This document shows, piece after piece, positions 19,783 through 29,901 of a DNA stretch of 34,629 nt. A program made the position numbers and the translations under genes. The notes below the pieces were generated by a model. It saw nothing but the letters and a program-made list of their open reading frames with translations. It searched no databases and had not been told where the DNA came from. Each line of letters starts with the position of its first letter. The first letter of the stretch is position 1. The stretch covers positions 1 to 34,629 of the IMG/VR virus record IMGVR_UViG_3300045988_119421; one strand, 5' to 3'. Source of the stretch: a virus.

Positions 19783-20332
19783 ATTTTTCTCCTACATTTA
19801 TTACTTCTAGCATGCTATCTAGTGCACTATCTCTGTATACTTGTAATTGTTTTATTGATTTATGTATTTCAAAATTATCAAAATATGCTTTCTCTACATA
19901 GTTCCACTTTGATTTTTTCATATAGTATTTTCTAATAACAAATTCTTCGTCTTCTGATAGTTGATTTAGCATATTTTCGACTCGTACTATTTTTTGATCT
20001 AGTTCTAATTTAATATCTTGATATTCTTTTACTTTTCTTTCTAGAAATGCCCTATCTTCTTTATTTATATGGTATTCTTCTTTATGATAATTCATTGCGG
20101 TGTTAGCAACTTTATCAGATACTTTATTAGTGTTACTATGCAATGTATCATATCCATTTCCCGACAATTGCATAGCTTCTATTATTTCTTCTGGTGTATC
20201 TTCATATACAGTTCCTGCATAGTCCAATCTTTTATTATATTGTTCTAATTTTAACTTCACTTCTGTTAATTTCGCTTCATTTTTAGGATGCTCTATTAAC
20301 ATATTTTCAATATCTTCTTTAATATATTGCAT
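19781..20332 (-). CDS. ArpU/sigma-like late transcription regulator
   Basis: 183 aa, coiled-coil N-terminus and C-terminal sigma-like region LSEDEEFVIRKYYMKKSKWNYVEKAYFDNFEIHKSIKQLQVYRDSALDSM. Confidence 0.65.
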   Translation of the reverse strand: MQYIKEDIENMLIEHPKNEAKLTEVKLKLEQYNKRLDYAGTVYEDTPEEIIEAMQLSGNGYDTLHSNTNKVSDKVANTAMNYHKEEYHINKEDRAFLERKVKEYQDIKLELDQKIVRVENMLNQLSEDEEFVIRKYYMKKSKWNYVEKAYFDNFEIHKSIKQLQVYRDSALDSMLEVINVGEK

Positions 20333-20507
20333 CTTCTGTACCTCCTACAAATATTTTTTTAGATCTTCTTTTCTGACTGCTAATGTTAACTTGCCTAACT
20401 CAAAACTTATAACTCCATCTTTATCTAATATCTCAAACTGCTTTTTTACTATTGTATCTCCATTTATCATAACCATTTCTATTTTATCCATTACGTGTAC
20501 CTCCAGA

Positions 20508-20927
20508 TTATCTGATTTCTTTTGCTTTATTCTCAAAATATTGTTTGATACAGTCTTTGCAATCTAATTCTCCTGAATTTGTGTCACAATTTACTTTTTT
20601 GCATATATCTTCGTCAATATCTAAATTCATAATATAATAAGTCATTTGTTCTATTATTTTATCTTTTTGCTCCAGTTCTTGTTTTTGCCATTCCATATAT
20701 TCAGCTAATGCCTTTTCATTCTCTTTTTGTAGTTTTTCTATCTCAAACTCTAATTCGCAGTTTTTATTGCTCATTTCTGTTTGTTCTTCTTCTATTTCTT
20801 CACAGTATTTTTTCCAGCCTTCAATGTCTTTTTCTTTTCTATCAACTAAATTTATAAAAATTCTTAAATCCTCTTGAGATACATCTATGTACTTACAGCC
20901 TTCATTTCCATATAACCTTGTTTTCAA
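20508..20927 (-). CDS. hypothetical early phage protein, coiled coil
   Basis: 139-aa ORF in the minus-strand early cluster. Confidence 0.6.
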   Translation of the reverse strand: MKTRLYGNEGCKYIDVSQEDLRIFINLVDRKEKDIEGWKKYCEEIEEEQTEMSNKNCELEFEIEKLQKENEKALAEYMEWQKQELEQKDKIIEQMTYYIMNLDIDEDICKKVNCDTNSGELDCKDCIKQYFENKAKEIR

Positions 20928-21214
20928 ATATTCAATCGCTTTCTTTTATTCCTCGTTCATTTTTACTCCTCACTTTCTAATATTTGCAATTCTAATTCTT
21001 GATATCGTTCGTTATCTTCTTTTAAGCTGTTCACTTCTGTTCGTAGCTGTTCATTTTCTTTTGATAGTTTTTCTATTAGATTTAAAATTAGTTCAATTGA
21101 TTTATTTACACTTTCATTTTCTTCTATTTCTTCTTCGTCTAATAAAGAATAATCATCATAATATACAGCTAATCCCTTTATTATTTCAATAGCTTTCTTT
21201 TCTTCCTCGTTCAT

Positions 21215-21673
21215 TTATTCCTCACTTCCTAATAGTTCTTGTAAACAACTTTTACATTGACAAATTATTATAAATCTATTACTATTTACTTTTATTTCAT
21301 CTTGTAAATCTTCTTCAAGTTGTTTATTTAATTCTACTATCTTTTCTTCTACTTTAGATTTTGGAATGTAATTTAATTTTATATATTCTTTACTCAACAT
21401 TTCTTTTCTATAGTATTCATTCCATTCTTCTAGCTCTTTAACTCTTTCTCTTAATTCTCCATTTTCTTTTCTATGAGATTCTTCATTTTCTTTTAATACT
21501 ATTTTATAATCTGATAAAATATGCTCTATTGCGTTTATTACATCTATACATTTTTCATCATATCCTAAATCATTATAAACAAATTTATGATAACCTTTAT
21601 CAATGTTTTCTTGCATATATGCTTTTATGTTATTTAAAATTTCTTCGTCTTTTTCTATACTCTTTTCTTGCAC
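21215..21673 (-). CDS. hypothetical early phage protein, coiled coil
   Basis: 152-aa ORF in a tightly packed cluster. Confidence 0.6.
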   Translation of the reverse strand: MQEKSIEKDEEILNNIKAYMQENIDKGYHKFVYNDLGYDEKCIDVINAIEHILSDYKIVLKENEESHRKENGELRERVKELEEWNEYYRKEMLSKEYIKLNYIPKSKVEEKIVELNKQLEEDLQDEIKVNSNRFIIICQCKSCLQELLGSEE

Positions 21674-21833
21674 TTAAAACACCTCCTAATATCTTTTGCT
21701 TGTTATTCCTATCTATTCCTACATAGCAACCTGTGTTTTCTTCTTTTACATCTTTTCCTGGATATAAAATGCACTTGTTATCTATATTGTTCATACAATC
21801 TTTGCATTTTACTAAATCTTCAAACAATTGCAT
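21630..21833 (-). CDS. small Cys-containing early protein (restarted)
   Basis: The ORF track starts at 21863, but MQLFEDLVKCKDCMNN... at 21833 has an RBS-like AAGAGGTGG and overlaps the stop of the upstream zinc-ribbon ORF. Confidence 0.55.
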   Translation of the reverse strand: MQLFEDLVKCKDCMNNIDNKCILYPGKDVKEENTGCYVGIDRNNKQKILGGVLSARKEYRKRRRNFK

Positions 21834-21988
21834 TAAAACCACCTCTTTCCGCACTTTTTGCACTTATATATAAAGTGGTCTATTTTCATATCTAAATCTT
21901 CACATTCCATTCTTCCACCACATTCAGGACAATGCAAACTACATATATCTTTAATTTTTTCTATTATTCTCTTTATTTTTTCTTTCAC
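21833..21988 (-). CDS. small zinc-ribbon protein, GTG start
   Basis: Unlisted 51-aa ORF: (M)KEKIKRIIEKIKDICSLHCPECGGRMECEDLDMKIDHFIYKCKKCGKRWF* with paired CPxCGG / CxxCGKRW motifs. Confidence 0.7.
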   Translation of the reverse strand: MKEKIKRIIEKIKDICSLHCPECGGRMECEDLDMKIDHFIYKCKKCGKRWF

Positions 21989-22276
21989 TTAAAACACCTC
22001 GATTTCTTCTGCTTTTTCTATACTAACAGTTTCACAAATTTTTAGATTAAAGAATGTAAATTCTTCTGTTTTATAATCTATTTTTAAGTCTATTTCACAC
22101 ATTGTTTGTTTTAAGCAATCAAATATCCATAAAGGCAATTTGATGTACTTAGGATAACTATGATACTTTAATATATAATCATGTATTTTATTATTAACAA
22201 TACACTGTAGTTCCAAATATTCAATACTATCTTTAATTGTTCTTTTATTTATTTTTTCTTCCACTTAAAATACCTC

Positions 22277-22474
22277 CTAATATGGTTCATAATAATATTC
22301 ATATTGTTTATTGCACTTTTTACAAGTACATATAATATTTTCTGCGACTGGTATATTGTATTCTACATTTGTATTTCCACATTCTTTACAAATCCAGCTT
22401 AAATCAAAGTGTACATTTGGCTCTACTTCTGCATATTCATCATCAAGTTCTTCTATTTCATCATTTTCATTCAT
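22277..22474 (-). CDS. small zinc-ribbon protein
   Basis: 65 aa with CKECGNTN...CTCKKCNKQ. Confidence 0.6.
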   Translation of the reverse strand: MNENDEIEELDDEYAEVEPNVHFDLSWICKECGNTNVEYNIPVAENIICTCKKCNKQYEYYYEPY

Positions 22475-22486
22475 CTAAATTACCTC

Positions 22487-22693
22487 CTAATTAACAATTT
22501 TTGTACCCAAACATATTTCTTTATCACATTCAGGACATTTAACATAAGTTTTATATGTAGGTGGAAATGTTGTAAAGCAAAATGTTTTGTCTATTTCAGT
22601 ATCATTGCTGTCATATTCAAATTTACAACCACATAACGGACAAATTTCTATTTTATTTTTAGAATATTTATTTCCGTGTTTTATTATTCTCAT
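22487..22693 (-). CDS. small zinc-finger protein
   Basis: 68 aa with CPLCGCKF...CPECDKE. Confidence 0.6.
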   Translation of the reverse strand: MRIIKHGNKYSKNKIEICPLCGCKFEYDSNDTEIDKTFCFTTFPPTYKTYVKCPECDKEICLGTKIVN

Positions 22694-22700
22694 ATCTTAT

Positions 22701-23264
22701 TTACTCCTCCTTTGAGAACATCTCTTCATCTTCTCTTATCTCTTTGAAATCATCATTCAATTGCACTTTAGGGCTACTTTCCACTAATGTTGTTCCTATT
22801 CCCCATTGGTTATTCATTATGTAATTGCTTATAAAGAAATGGACATTGTCTTCTCCAATCACATAAAAATCATTTGTTTTAGTTCCCATTTTTTCTATTG
22901 CATAGCACACTTCTGGCAAACTTTTATTTATATCTCCGTATTTGTATTCTTTGTCATATCTAAAAGTTAAACTTATGTTTTGAATTATAACACCTGTATT
23001 TTCAGTTCTTTTATTATAAAATGGTATATGATACAACATTTTTATTTCTTTTAACTTACTTATATATTCTCCTTTTGAAGATATTTTGTTTTGTATCTCT
23101 TCTTCAATGGCTTTTCTTTCTACTGTAATATATCCCCAACCAAAAATTATATCACTTGGCTTGTCATCAAATGGATATTTCTTATTATTTTCGTTTTCAA
23201 AATCATATTTGATTCCTAAAAAATCTAATATTTGTTCCATATTAAAAAAATTATATTCTTCCAT
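22701..23264 (-). CDS. hypothetical early phage protein
   Basis: 187-aa ORF in the early cluster. Confidence 0.6.
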   Translation of the reverse strand: MEEYNFFNMEQILDFLGIKYDFENENNKKYPFDDKPSDIIFGWGYITVERKAIEEEIQNKISSKGEYISKLKEIKMLYHIPFYNKRTENTGVIIQNISLTFRYDKEYKYGDINKSLPEVCYAIEKMGTKTNDFYVIGEDNVHFFISNYIMNNQWGIGTTLVESSPKVQLNDDFKEIREDEEMFSKEE

Positions 23265-23267
23265 ATC

Positions 23268-23408
23268 TTATTTACTCCTTCCACGTTCTTTCCTAAATTT
23301 TTGCCTTCTTCTCTCTGCTCTATTTCTTGGTTTTAGATTTTCAGCTTCATATAATGCTTGTAATTTTAATCTTTGTTCTTCAGTTAATTTTATATCTGTG
23401 TATTCCAT
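23268..23408 (-). CDS. small basic hypothetical protein
   Basis: Unlisted 46-aa ORF MEYTDIKLTEEQRLKLQALYEAENLKPRNRAERRRQKFRKERGRSK*. Confidence 0.5.
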   Translation of the reverse strand: MEYTDIKLTEEQRLKLQALYEAENLKPRNRAERRRQKFRKERGRSK

Positions 23409-23745
23409 ATATCTTATTTACTCCTCTCCAACTCTGTTAAAATTCTATCAATAGCATAGCAATAAGGATAATTTCTATTGCCCATACCTTTTAAAATATT
23501 TGACCAGTCTTTTAATAATGTTTTATTATACTCTAAATCATCATTATATTGTTTTTGCTTTATATATTGTTTATACCAATATTCGCTTTTTTCTCTCGAA
23601 GTCATTGTTTTATCTAGGACTTCCTCTATCGCTTCTTTTAGTTTTAAATTATTTTTATCTAATTTACTGTTAGTATTCATTACCCAACAATTTTGTAAAG
23701 TTCTTTTTGTTTCTTCTGATATTACTTCATTACTCATACTCTTAT

Positions 23746-23962
23746 TTACTCCTTTTCTACTAAATCTGCTTTGATTAAATCGTAAGTTAAATTATATGTT
23801 AAATTGCATAAATCTAATATTTCATATCTTCTGTTTCTAATATCTATACTTGCAAAATCGTGTTCTTCTTTTCTTAAAACTAATAAATGTGTATATTCAT
23901 ATTTTCTAAATCCAAACTTTTCAAGTTCTTTTAAATCTACTCCGTTCTCTTATTTTTAACAT
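23746..23962 (-). CDS. small early phage protein with +1 shift at codon 7
   Basis: MLKIRE, then C|GGA (CGG 23942-23944), gives MLKIRE-G-VDLKELEKFGFRKYEYTHLLVLRKEEHDFASIDIRNRRYEILDLCNLTYNLTYDLIKADLVEKE*; preceded by GGAGGAG. Zero frame ends after 13 codons. Confidence 0.8.
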
Positions 23963-23964
23963 AT

Positions 23965-24406
23965 CTATTCTCCTCCTAATAACTCGGGATTATCGTAAAT
24001 TGTACTAACCACTTCAATATTATATTTATCGTTTGCTACTTCCCATAAAATTTTATTACTTTTATTTACTAAGTAAAATCCTGCCAATTCTTCTATATAC
24101 ACAACCTTTGCATAAGATTTATTTATATAATTAGGTTTTGTATCATCAAACACTTCTTTCGATACTATATCTCCTTCATATATTTCTTTTCCGTTTTTAT
24201 CTTTTAGTCCTGTATATTGTCCGTATTGTTTCTTCTTCTACAAAAAATGCTACTCCATCTTCATTTACAATTTGATATATATTACATTCTTGTTCATCTT
24301 CTTCACCTTTATATGTGCTAGTAACGTGTATTAAAGAGCCTTCAAAAAATACGGGTTTCATACCTTTTTCTTTAAGTTTTCCTCTAAACTTTATTTCTCT
24401 ATTCAT
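23965..24406 (-). CDS. YopX family protein with +1 shift
   Basis: ORFs 24197..24406 and 23965..24153 join at ATA C|GGA (CGG 24221-24223): MNREIKFRGKLKE...[40 protein letters not shown]..., ~146 aa, matching the YopX signature. Confidence 0.95.
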
Positions 24407-24593
24407 CTTCTCCTCCTACTTCCTTTATTTCATGATAATCTATTCTTTTAATGTCTTCAAGCGTTGTACAATATATATATCCAATTTCATGATATATATC
24501 ATTTGTTCTAACTATTTTCTCAATTACTTCATATTCATTTTTAAATAAATTATATTTTCTAATCCATAATTTATATTTTTTCATCTTCTCCTC

Positions 24594-24923
24594 CTACTTG
24601 ATAATCTTTAATTCCAAATCTGGATAAACCTTCTCAAATATTTTATGTTTTAATTTGAATACATCTGTCTGTAATCCTTTGACGTCCTCTACTATCGTTT
24701 TACCATTTTCTATGTATTGAAAATCTGCTACATATTCTATTTTTTTAAATGTTCTTCCGTTTTTCTTAAAACTATCTTGTAACAGAAATCGTGGTTGTAA
24801 TTCTAAGTCTGTTATTGTTCCTGCTCTTTCTAATAGCTTTAATTCTTTGTATCTTTGACTTTCTCTTACACTATCAAATACGTACATATCAATTTGCACT
24901 TTTCTATTTTTGTACTTGTTCAT
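24594..24923 (-). CDS. DUF1064 (endonuclease-like) protein
   Basis: 109 aa: MNKYKNRKVQIDMYVFDSVRESQRYKELKLLERAGTITDLELQPRFLLQ...YVADFQYIENGKTIVEDVKG. Confidence 0.85.
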   Translation of the reverse strand: MNKYKNRKVQIDMYVFDSVRESQRYKELKLLERAGTITDLELQPRFLLQDSFKKNGRTFKKIEYVADFQYIENGKTIVEDVKGLQTDVFKLKHKIFEKVYPDLELKIIK

Positions 24924-25341
24924 CTTTTATCTCCAATCTATCTAATATACTTGTCCTATACTTATATGTTGGGTTTTCTTGTCGTTTTTTTAAAACACCC
25001 TGTTCTTTTAGATTTTGTATTATATCTCCTGTTATTAACTTGTTATTGTACTTGTCTGTAAACTTCTTTATTACCTCTATGGTGTCTATGTTGTTTTTAA
25101 TTTGTCTGCGTTCTTCTCTCAATGTTTTCCTTAGTCTCCCTACTTTTGCTAATTGAGGAGCTTTCAAATTGCGACTTTCTATATAATGATCTAAATCTGA
25201 TAATTCCATATCTTTTTGGCTCAGCTTTTCGTATTCCTCACTTAATTCTTTAGCTGTATTGTTGAATAAATTAAGCATATAGTTCATTAAATCTTCTATA
25301 GGCATTTTTTCTTTAGCTCCTCTCGTAATTTTTCTTGCCAA
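24904..25341 (-). CDS. hypothetical early protein
   Basis: 145-aa ORF. Confidence 0.6.
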   Translation of the reverse strand: MARKITRGAKEKMPIEDLMNYMLNLFNNTAKELSEEYEKLSQKDMELSDLDHYIESRNLKAPQLAKVGRLRKTLREERRQIKNNIDTIEVIKKFTDKYNNKLITGDIIQNLKEQGVLKKRQENPTYKYRTSILDRLEIKDEQVQK

Positions 25342-25457
25342 TTATTAATTCCTAGTACAAAACCTTTACATCTCATTACTGGCTTATAGTCTGTATCTGC
25401 TTGTTTGTTACAGCCTAGACAATAATAACATAGCGTATTCTTTTCTATTTGTTTCAT
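25296..25457 (-). CDS. small Cys-containing protein
   Basis: Unlisted 53-aa ORF MKQIEKNTLCYYCLGCNKQADTDYKPVMRCKGFVLGINNWQEKLREELKKKCL*. Confidence 0.55.
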   Translation of the reverse strand: MKQIEKNTLCYYCLGCNKQADTDYKPVMRCKGFVLGINNWQEKLREELKKKCL

Positions 25458-25715
25458 AAGCTAGTCCTCTGGCATATTGTACACTTTAGCATCTATTTCA
25501 TACCAATGTGCAATATCTCTTAATATTTCTTCTGCTCTTTCTTCTGTATCGTAAGTACCTAATTCTGTCGCATAGCCCTCAAAATTTCCTGCAAATATTT
25601 TATATATCTTTTTACTTTTTATGTGTGTGCCATAAGGCTCAATTCTTATATTTTGTATATTATTAAAGTTTACTATTGTACATTTATTTTGATTTACTAT
25701 TATCATAACTACCTC

Positions 25716-26075
25716 CTAATAACTTGGTATGTGATTTTCATTTTCAAAAATCATTTTTTCTATTTCTGTTGTTAATCTATATACTGCTACCTCTTTATTT
25801 GTAACACTACATTTCTTTGTTTTTTCTGTTGTTACAAAACCTAAACTTTCAAGTTCTGTTATTCTTGGCCTTGCATTATTTACATCTGCTGTGTTTGTGT
25901 AATGTTTTTTATATAATTCCTGTGCTATCTCCCTTGTTGTCATTTCTTTATTTTCTAATATCTCTAATATTTGCTTATGTCTTTCACTTAGGTGTTCTTG
26001 CATATCTTTATAACTCTTATGTCTTGTCATAAATGTTATTGTATTCATTTGTTTATCACACTCCTTTATTTGCAT
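25716..26075 (-). CDS. winged-helix DNA-binding protein
   Basis: 119 aa: RHKQILEILENKEMTTREIAQELYKKHYTNTADVNNARPRITELESLGFV. Confidence 0.65.
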   Translation of the reverse strand: MQIKECDKQMNTITFMTRHKSYKDMQEHLSERHKQILEILENKEMTTREIAQELYKKHYTNTADVNNARPRITELESLGFVTTEKTKKCSVTNKEVAVYRLTTEIEKMIFENENHIPSY

Positions 26076-26853
26076 ATAAGCTATTCAAGTCGTTATATTG
26101 TCGTTGTTCATAGTTGTTATAGCTTTTACTTGCATTTTTATTTTCTTGTTTTGCGCTTTGAAACTGCTTGTCCTCTTTCTCTGCATCTATAACACTTTTA
26201 ATTCCTTTTTTTGACCAGTTGTTTAGTATGCCTTTTACATACTGTATAGTTCTCTTATCAGCTTCTACTGCCTTTTGCATTGCCAAAATTATTAAATCAA
26301 CTGGCATTTCTTTTAAATAATCTGATAATATTTCTACTCCGTAAGGTGCTATTAAACCTATGTTGTTATTGTAAAATTCAATAATTTCTTGTAGACCGTC
26401 AACACAACTGTCGCCTACTGTTGTTGTTATATTATCATCATTCTTTATATTCTTTACATTCTTGTTTGTGTTCACTTGTTGTTCAGTTGTTGTTCGCTTG
26501 TTGTTCAGTTGTTGTTCATTTTGTTGTTCATCTTGTTGATATTTATCCCACGAAACAATTGTTATTAGTCTGTTTTTATTACTTTTTTGTTGTTCAATTT
26601 GATGTTCATTTTCTAACGATTTTAAAATTCTTTGCACTTTATTTTCGTCAATCTTTAATTTTTCCGATATAGATTTTCTTCCAGTAAGTAATTGACCTCT
26701 TTTTAATGTTACTCTTTCTCCCTTAAATAACACATCATATTCTTTATGTGTAGTATTAAGTAGTAGATATATCCATACTGCTAAATAATCACTATCTTTT
26801 GTTATTATTGGATTATCTAATGTTTTTCTATGTAACTTTATCCAACCTTCCAT
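26056..26853 (-). CDS. DnaD-like phage replication initiation protein
   Basis: 265 aa: EGWIKLHRKTLDNPIITKDSDYLAVWIYLLLNTTHKEYDVLFKGERVTLKRGQLLTGRKSISEKL plus a C-terminal DnaD-like domain. Confidence 0.8.
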   Translation of the reverse strand: MEGWIKLHRKTLDNPIITKDSDYLAVWIYLLLNTTHKEYDVLFKGERVTLKRGQLLTGRKSISEKLKIDENKVQRILKSLENEHQIEQQKSNKNRLITIVSWDKYQQDEQQNEQQLNNKRTTTEQQVNTNKNVKNIKNDDNITTTVGDSCVDGLQEIIEFYNNNIGLIAPYGVEILSDYLKEMPVDLIILAMQKAVEADKRTIQYVKGILNNWSKKGIKSVIDAEKEDKQFQSAKQENKNASKSYNNYEQRQYNDLNSLYANKGV

Positions 26854-27413
26854 ATTTATTCCTCTTTATCAATTTTTTTGTACTACTACTGAATAATTAC
26901 GCTCTATTGATATTTTTAATAAAAGCTCTAATTCCTCTTGATTCACATCATTATATCTAATTCCATCTGCTGAATTATCTGTATAGTCAAATATATTATC
27001 TGAATTTATAATTAAAATACTATACATTGTTTTCTCCTTTCGTAAAAATCAGGGCTAAAACTTCTGTCTAGCCCTGTTGTTTATTTATTATCTATTTCTT
27101 TGTTTGCTCTTGCTTTTTCCATTTTCATCTTGTCGTTTTCTTTCTTTATCTTTTCATCATATAATGTGTTGTAAATTCTCTTATACATGTCCTTATCAAT
27201 TATTTTTAACCATACTTCTATAGCATCACAAAAATGCCAATTATCTTTAACGTCTAATTTTTGACCATTTATTTTAAAGTTTTCTAATAAAAATTCTTCT
27301 AATTTATTCTTAAACCATTTTTCGTTTCCATTTGGTACTCCTTTGCTTATAAGTTCTTTGTATTCTTCTGTTGATATTATTACTTCATTTTTATTTGCCA
27401 TTTTTCTTTCCTC

Positions 27414-27698
27414 CTATAAATAATTTTTACCTATTAAATTTATAAATTCTTCTTTTGTATGTCCCAGATTTATATACTTTTTCTCGCAAGTTTCTTTTAA
27501 CTTTAAATCTAAACCATGTCCTAGTTTGCCATGTACTCCAATAGTTCCTCTATGATGTTCAGCACATAACCAAACTTTAAATCCATTTTCTTCTGATATT
27601 CTTCTGTTCGGATTTCCAAAATATATATGATGTTCTTCCACTGGACTATATAGTCCACATATATAACATCTTTTTTCTTCTTGTAATATCGATTTCAT
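27414..27698 (-). CDS. HNH-like/DUF968-like zinc protein
   Basis: 94 aa with CYICG...VEEHHIYFGNPNRR...WLCAEHHRG. Confidence 0.65.
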   Translation of the reverse strand: MKSILQEEKRCYICGLYSPVEEHHIYFGNPNRRISEENGFKVWLCAEHHRGTIGVHGKLGHGLDLKLKETCEKKYINLGHTKEEFINLIGKNYL

Positions 27699-27758
27699 AT
27701 TGCCTCCTTATTTAAAGGGCGCGTGGCACTAACAATAACAATAAAAAGGGGGTTTTGT

Positions 27759-28307
27759 TCATCTATTAGTGCCACTCCAACTGTCTAACAAACTCTTTAT
27801 TTCAGCTGGTGTTTTAGTTTCTATTCCTACCGCTTTACAATCCTGTACTAAATTATCTATTAGCCTACTCATTTGTTTTGTATTATAGGAACTCGAACCA
27901 TAATATGCATTGATAATTTTAAATTCTGTATCTCCTATATATGTTGTATCTGCTGTTTCACAAAACCAAGCTATTCCTCTGTCTGTCCATATTTTTTCAA
28001 ATGTTTTTACATCTTGTGTCATTATTTTAAATTGCTTAAATATACCTAATTCCTTTACTCTTCGCTTGTAATCTTCTATTGTGTCTATGTCTTTATAATC
28101 GCAAACCTCTTGAAGTAGTTTCCAAAAGTATTTATTTGCATCAATACTTCGTGATTTGCGGTATTTTTTTATTTCAATAGACAACTTGCTGTCTTTTATT
28201 TCTTCTAAGCTAAAAATTGATTCTCGTCGTTCTAGAAGTATTGTTATTTTCGGTTTGTTTGTTTTATAGTCTATCGATATATCTTGTAATGTTCCTATAC
28301 TATTCAT
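27759..28307 (-). CDS. NinB-like phage recombination protein
   Basis: 182 aa: RKSRSIDANKYFWKLLQEVCDY...YYGSSSYNTKQMSRLIDNLVQDCKAVGIETKTPAEI. Confidence 0.6.
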   Translation of the reverse strand: MNSIGTLQDISIDYKTNKPKITILLERRESIFSLEEIKDSKLSIEIKKYRKSRSIDANKYFWKLLQEVCDYKDIDTIEDYKRRVKELGIFKQFKIMTQDVKTFEKIWTDRGIAWFCETADTTYIGDTEFKIINAYYGSSSYNTKQMSRLIDNLVQDCKAVGIETKTPAEIKSLLDSWSGTNR

Positions 28308-29199
28308 CTACTACATCACTGCCTATAAAAGGGTCTTGATATTCTTGTTCTTCTTTTATTTCGTTCTCTGTTTTATCTTGTTCCTTTAATTCTTCAAAAA
28401 CTTCATTTGATTTCTTTTCTTTCGTCTTTTGTATTTCTGTTGCTATAATTCCTAAAGCTTTTTTAATTACTGGATCTGTTTTTTCATTTTTGCTATATAA
28501 CCAATCACAATATTGTGGATCTTGTTTTGTTAATTCTCCTAATGTTAAACCTTTGTATTTGCCAAAATTTATTTTAATAGCTGTTGCTTGTTCTAATGTC
28601 ATTGTGCTATTTTCATTTTCTTGTTGTATTAAGTCGCCCATATCTTCTAAGTCTTGTGTAAATACTTCACTTAAGCTAGCTACTTGTAATACTGCATCTA
28701 TAAACGCTCTTTTCTTTGCCATTTTTAGTATTGTATTTACCAAACTGCAGATATCAGGATTATTAATTTTGTATTTTGTTCTTCCATACTTGTCTGCAAA
28801 ACTTTCACTTGCTCCCATATAACTATCTGGAATTGTATCTACATTTATAAATCTGTATTTTTTTTCTTTACTGTTACAACTTCCTACTCCTTGAGCTACA
28901 GGTTGTCCATTTCTAAATAATGTACATCTAATGTTGTAACTAAAAAATTCTTTGTCATAATCTTCTGTTGATTGTAAAAATTCATATTCAGGATTTAACC
29001 CAAATAACATACAAATTTTTTCTCCACCTGGTTTTAATAATGTTGGTTTACTTGTTCCTGGCACTTCTCCAAAATCATGACCTTGTTTTAATGTTTTTTG
29101 CACTACTGCTTGCATTTGTGCTATCTTGTTCATTGTTGTTGAAATATTATCTATATCAACAGTTTCTATAATGCTTAATGCATTTACTTCATTACTCAT
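28300..29199 (-). CDS. phage protein with C-terminal exodeoxyribonuclease X-like segment
   Basis: 299 aa; C-terminal INFGKYKGLTLGELTKQDPQYCDWLYSK resembles exoX C-terminal domains. Confidence 0.55.
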   Translation of the reverse strand: MSNEVNALSIIETVDIDNISTTMNKIAQMQAVVQKTLKQGHDFGEVPGTSKPTLLKPGGEKICMLFGLNPEYEFLQSTEDYDKEFFSYNIRCTLFRNGQPVAQGVGSCNSKEKKYRFINVDTIPDSYMGASESFADKYGRTKYKINNPDICSLVNTILKMAKKRAFIDAVLQVASLSEVFTQDLEDMGDLIQQENENSTMTLEQATAIKINFGKYKGLTLGELTKQDPQYCDWLYSKNEKTDPVIKKALGIIATEIQKTKEKKSNEVFEELKEQDKTENEIKEEQEYQDPFIGSDVVDE

Positions 29200-29211
29200 T
29201 TATAATTCCTC

Positions 29212-29718
29212 CTATTTAATTCTTAAACTTGTTTTATTATCTATAATTCTTGTTCCAGCAACTATCTCTCCTGTTTCTTTAAAATGATTTTTTATTGCTG
29301 TTTTATCTATTTTAGTTGTAACTATTTCTTGTTTAAATTCACTAGGTATTTCATCTTCATTTTCTATTTCTACTGACATTGGATTTTTATTTATCTTTAA
29401 GCTTCCTAATTCTGTTGGTATTTCTACTAATCCTAATTTCTCCATATTTTCTTTTACATACTGATAAAATTTTTCTAATTTTGCCTCTCCTTGTTTTCTT
29501 ATATCTGAAAGTCTTTTTTCTTCTGTTTTCATTGCATCTAGCAAACTTTCACTATTTTTTATGTATCCAATAATATTCGCACTTTTATTTTGTAACTCTA
29601 ATGCCAATTCATTTCCTAATTCGTTGTATTCTTCCTCTGTTAATTCCCCATCGTTTGCTTTATCCATTAATTCTGCAAATCTATTTGTTATGTTGTATAA
29701 GCTTATATTACTCATCGT
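29212..29718 (-). CDS. Siphovirus Gp157-like protein
   Basis: MSNISLYNITNRFAELMDKANDGELTEEEYNELGNELALELQNKSANIIGYIKNSES...; the true start is internal to the listed 29212..29793 (exact base approximate). Confidence 0.75.
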   Translation of the reverse strand, partial: TMSNISLYNITNRFAELMDKANDGELTEEEYNELGNELALELQNKSANIIGYIKNSESLLDAMKTEEKRLSDIRKQGEAKLEKFYQYVKENMEKLGLVEIPTELGSLKINKNPMSVEIENEDEIPSEFKQEIVTTKIDKTAIKNHFKETGEIVAGTRIIDNKTSLRIK

Positions 29719-29901
29719 ATTTATCCTCCAAATCTTCATAATACTTGTCCCAATCTCTTGGTTTCTTGTAATACTCGTTATAGCACTCATCATTATATAA
29801 ATCTGTTACATTATATTCTGTTACCATAACTCCTCCTTGACTTTTTTCTTTTTTACTGCTAAAATATATACAGTAAAAATATTTTACTAATAAGTTTTGA
29901 G

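Noticed and set aside
21834-21863. In-frame CGG in the listed ORF 21630..21863 as an exception to the CGG rule
   Set aside because: It lies upstream of the likely real start (Met at 21833, with RBS). In the overlapping zinc-ribbon gene the same bases read TGC GGA, so it is not an in-frame CGG of a real gene.
26401-26560. Repetitive CTTGTTGTTCAGTTGTTGTTC tract as a repeat or CRISPR
   Set aside because: It is a Gln/Asn-rich linker (QQNEQQLNNKRTTTEQQ) in the DnaD-like protein; no spacer-repeat architecture.
27875-27920. tRNA T-arm-like GGTTCGAGTTCC on the minus strand
   Set aside because: It lies inside the NinB-like CDS (YYGSSSYN) with no acceptor or anticodon stems; I found no tRNA in the window.
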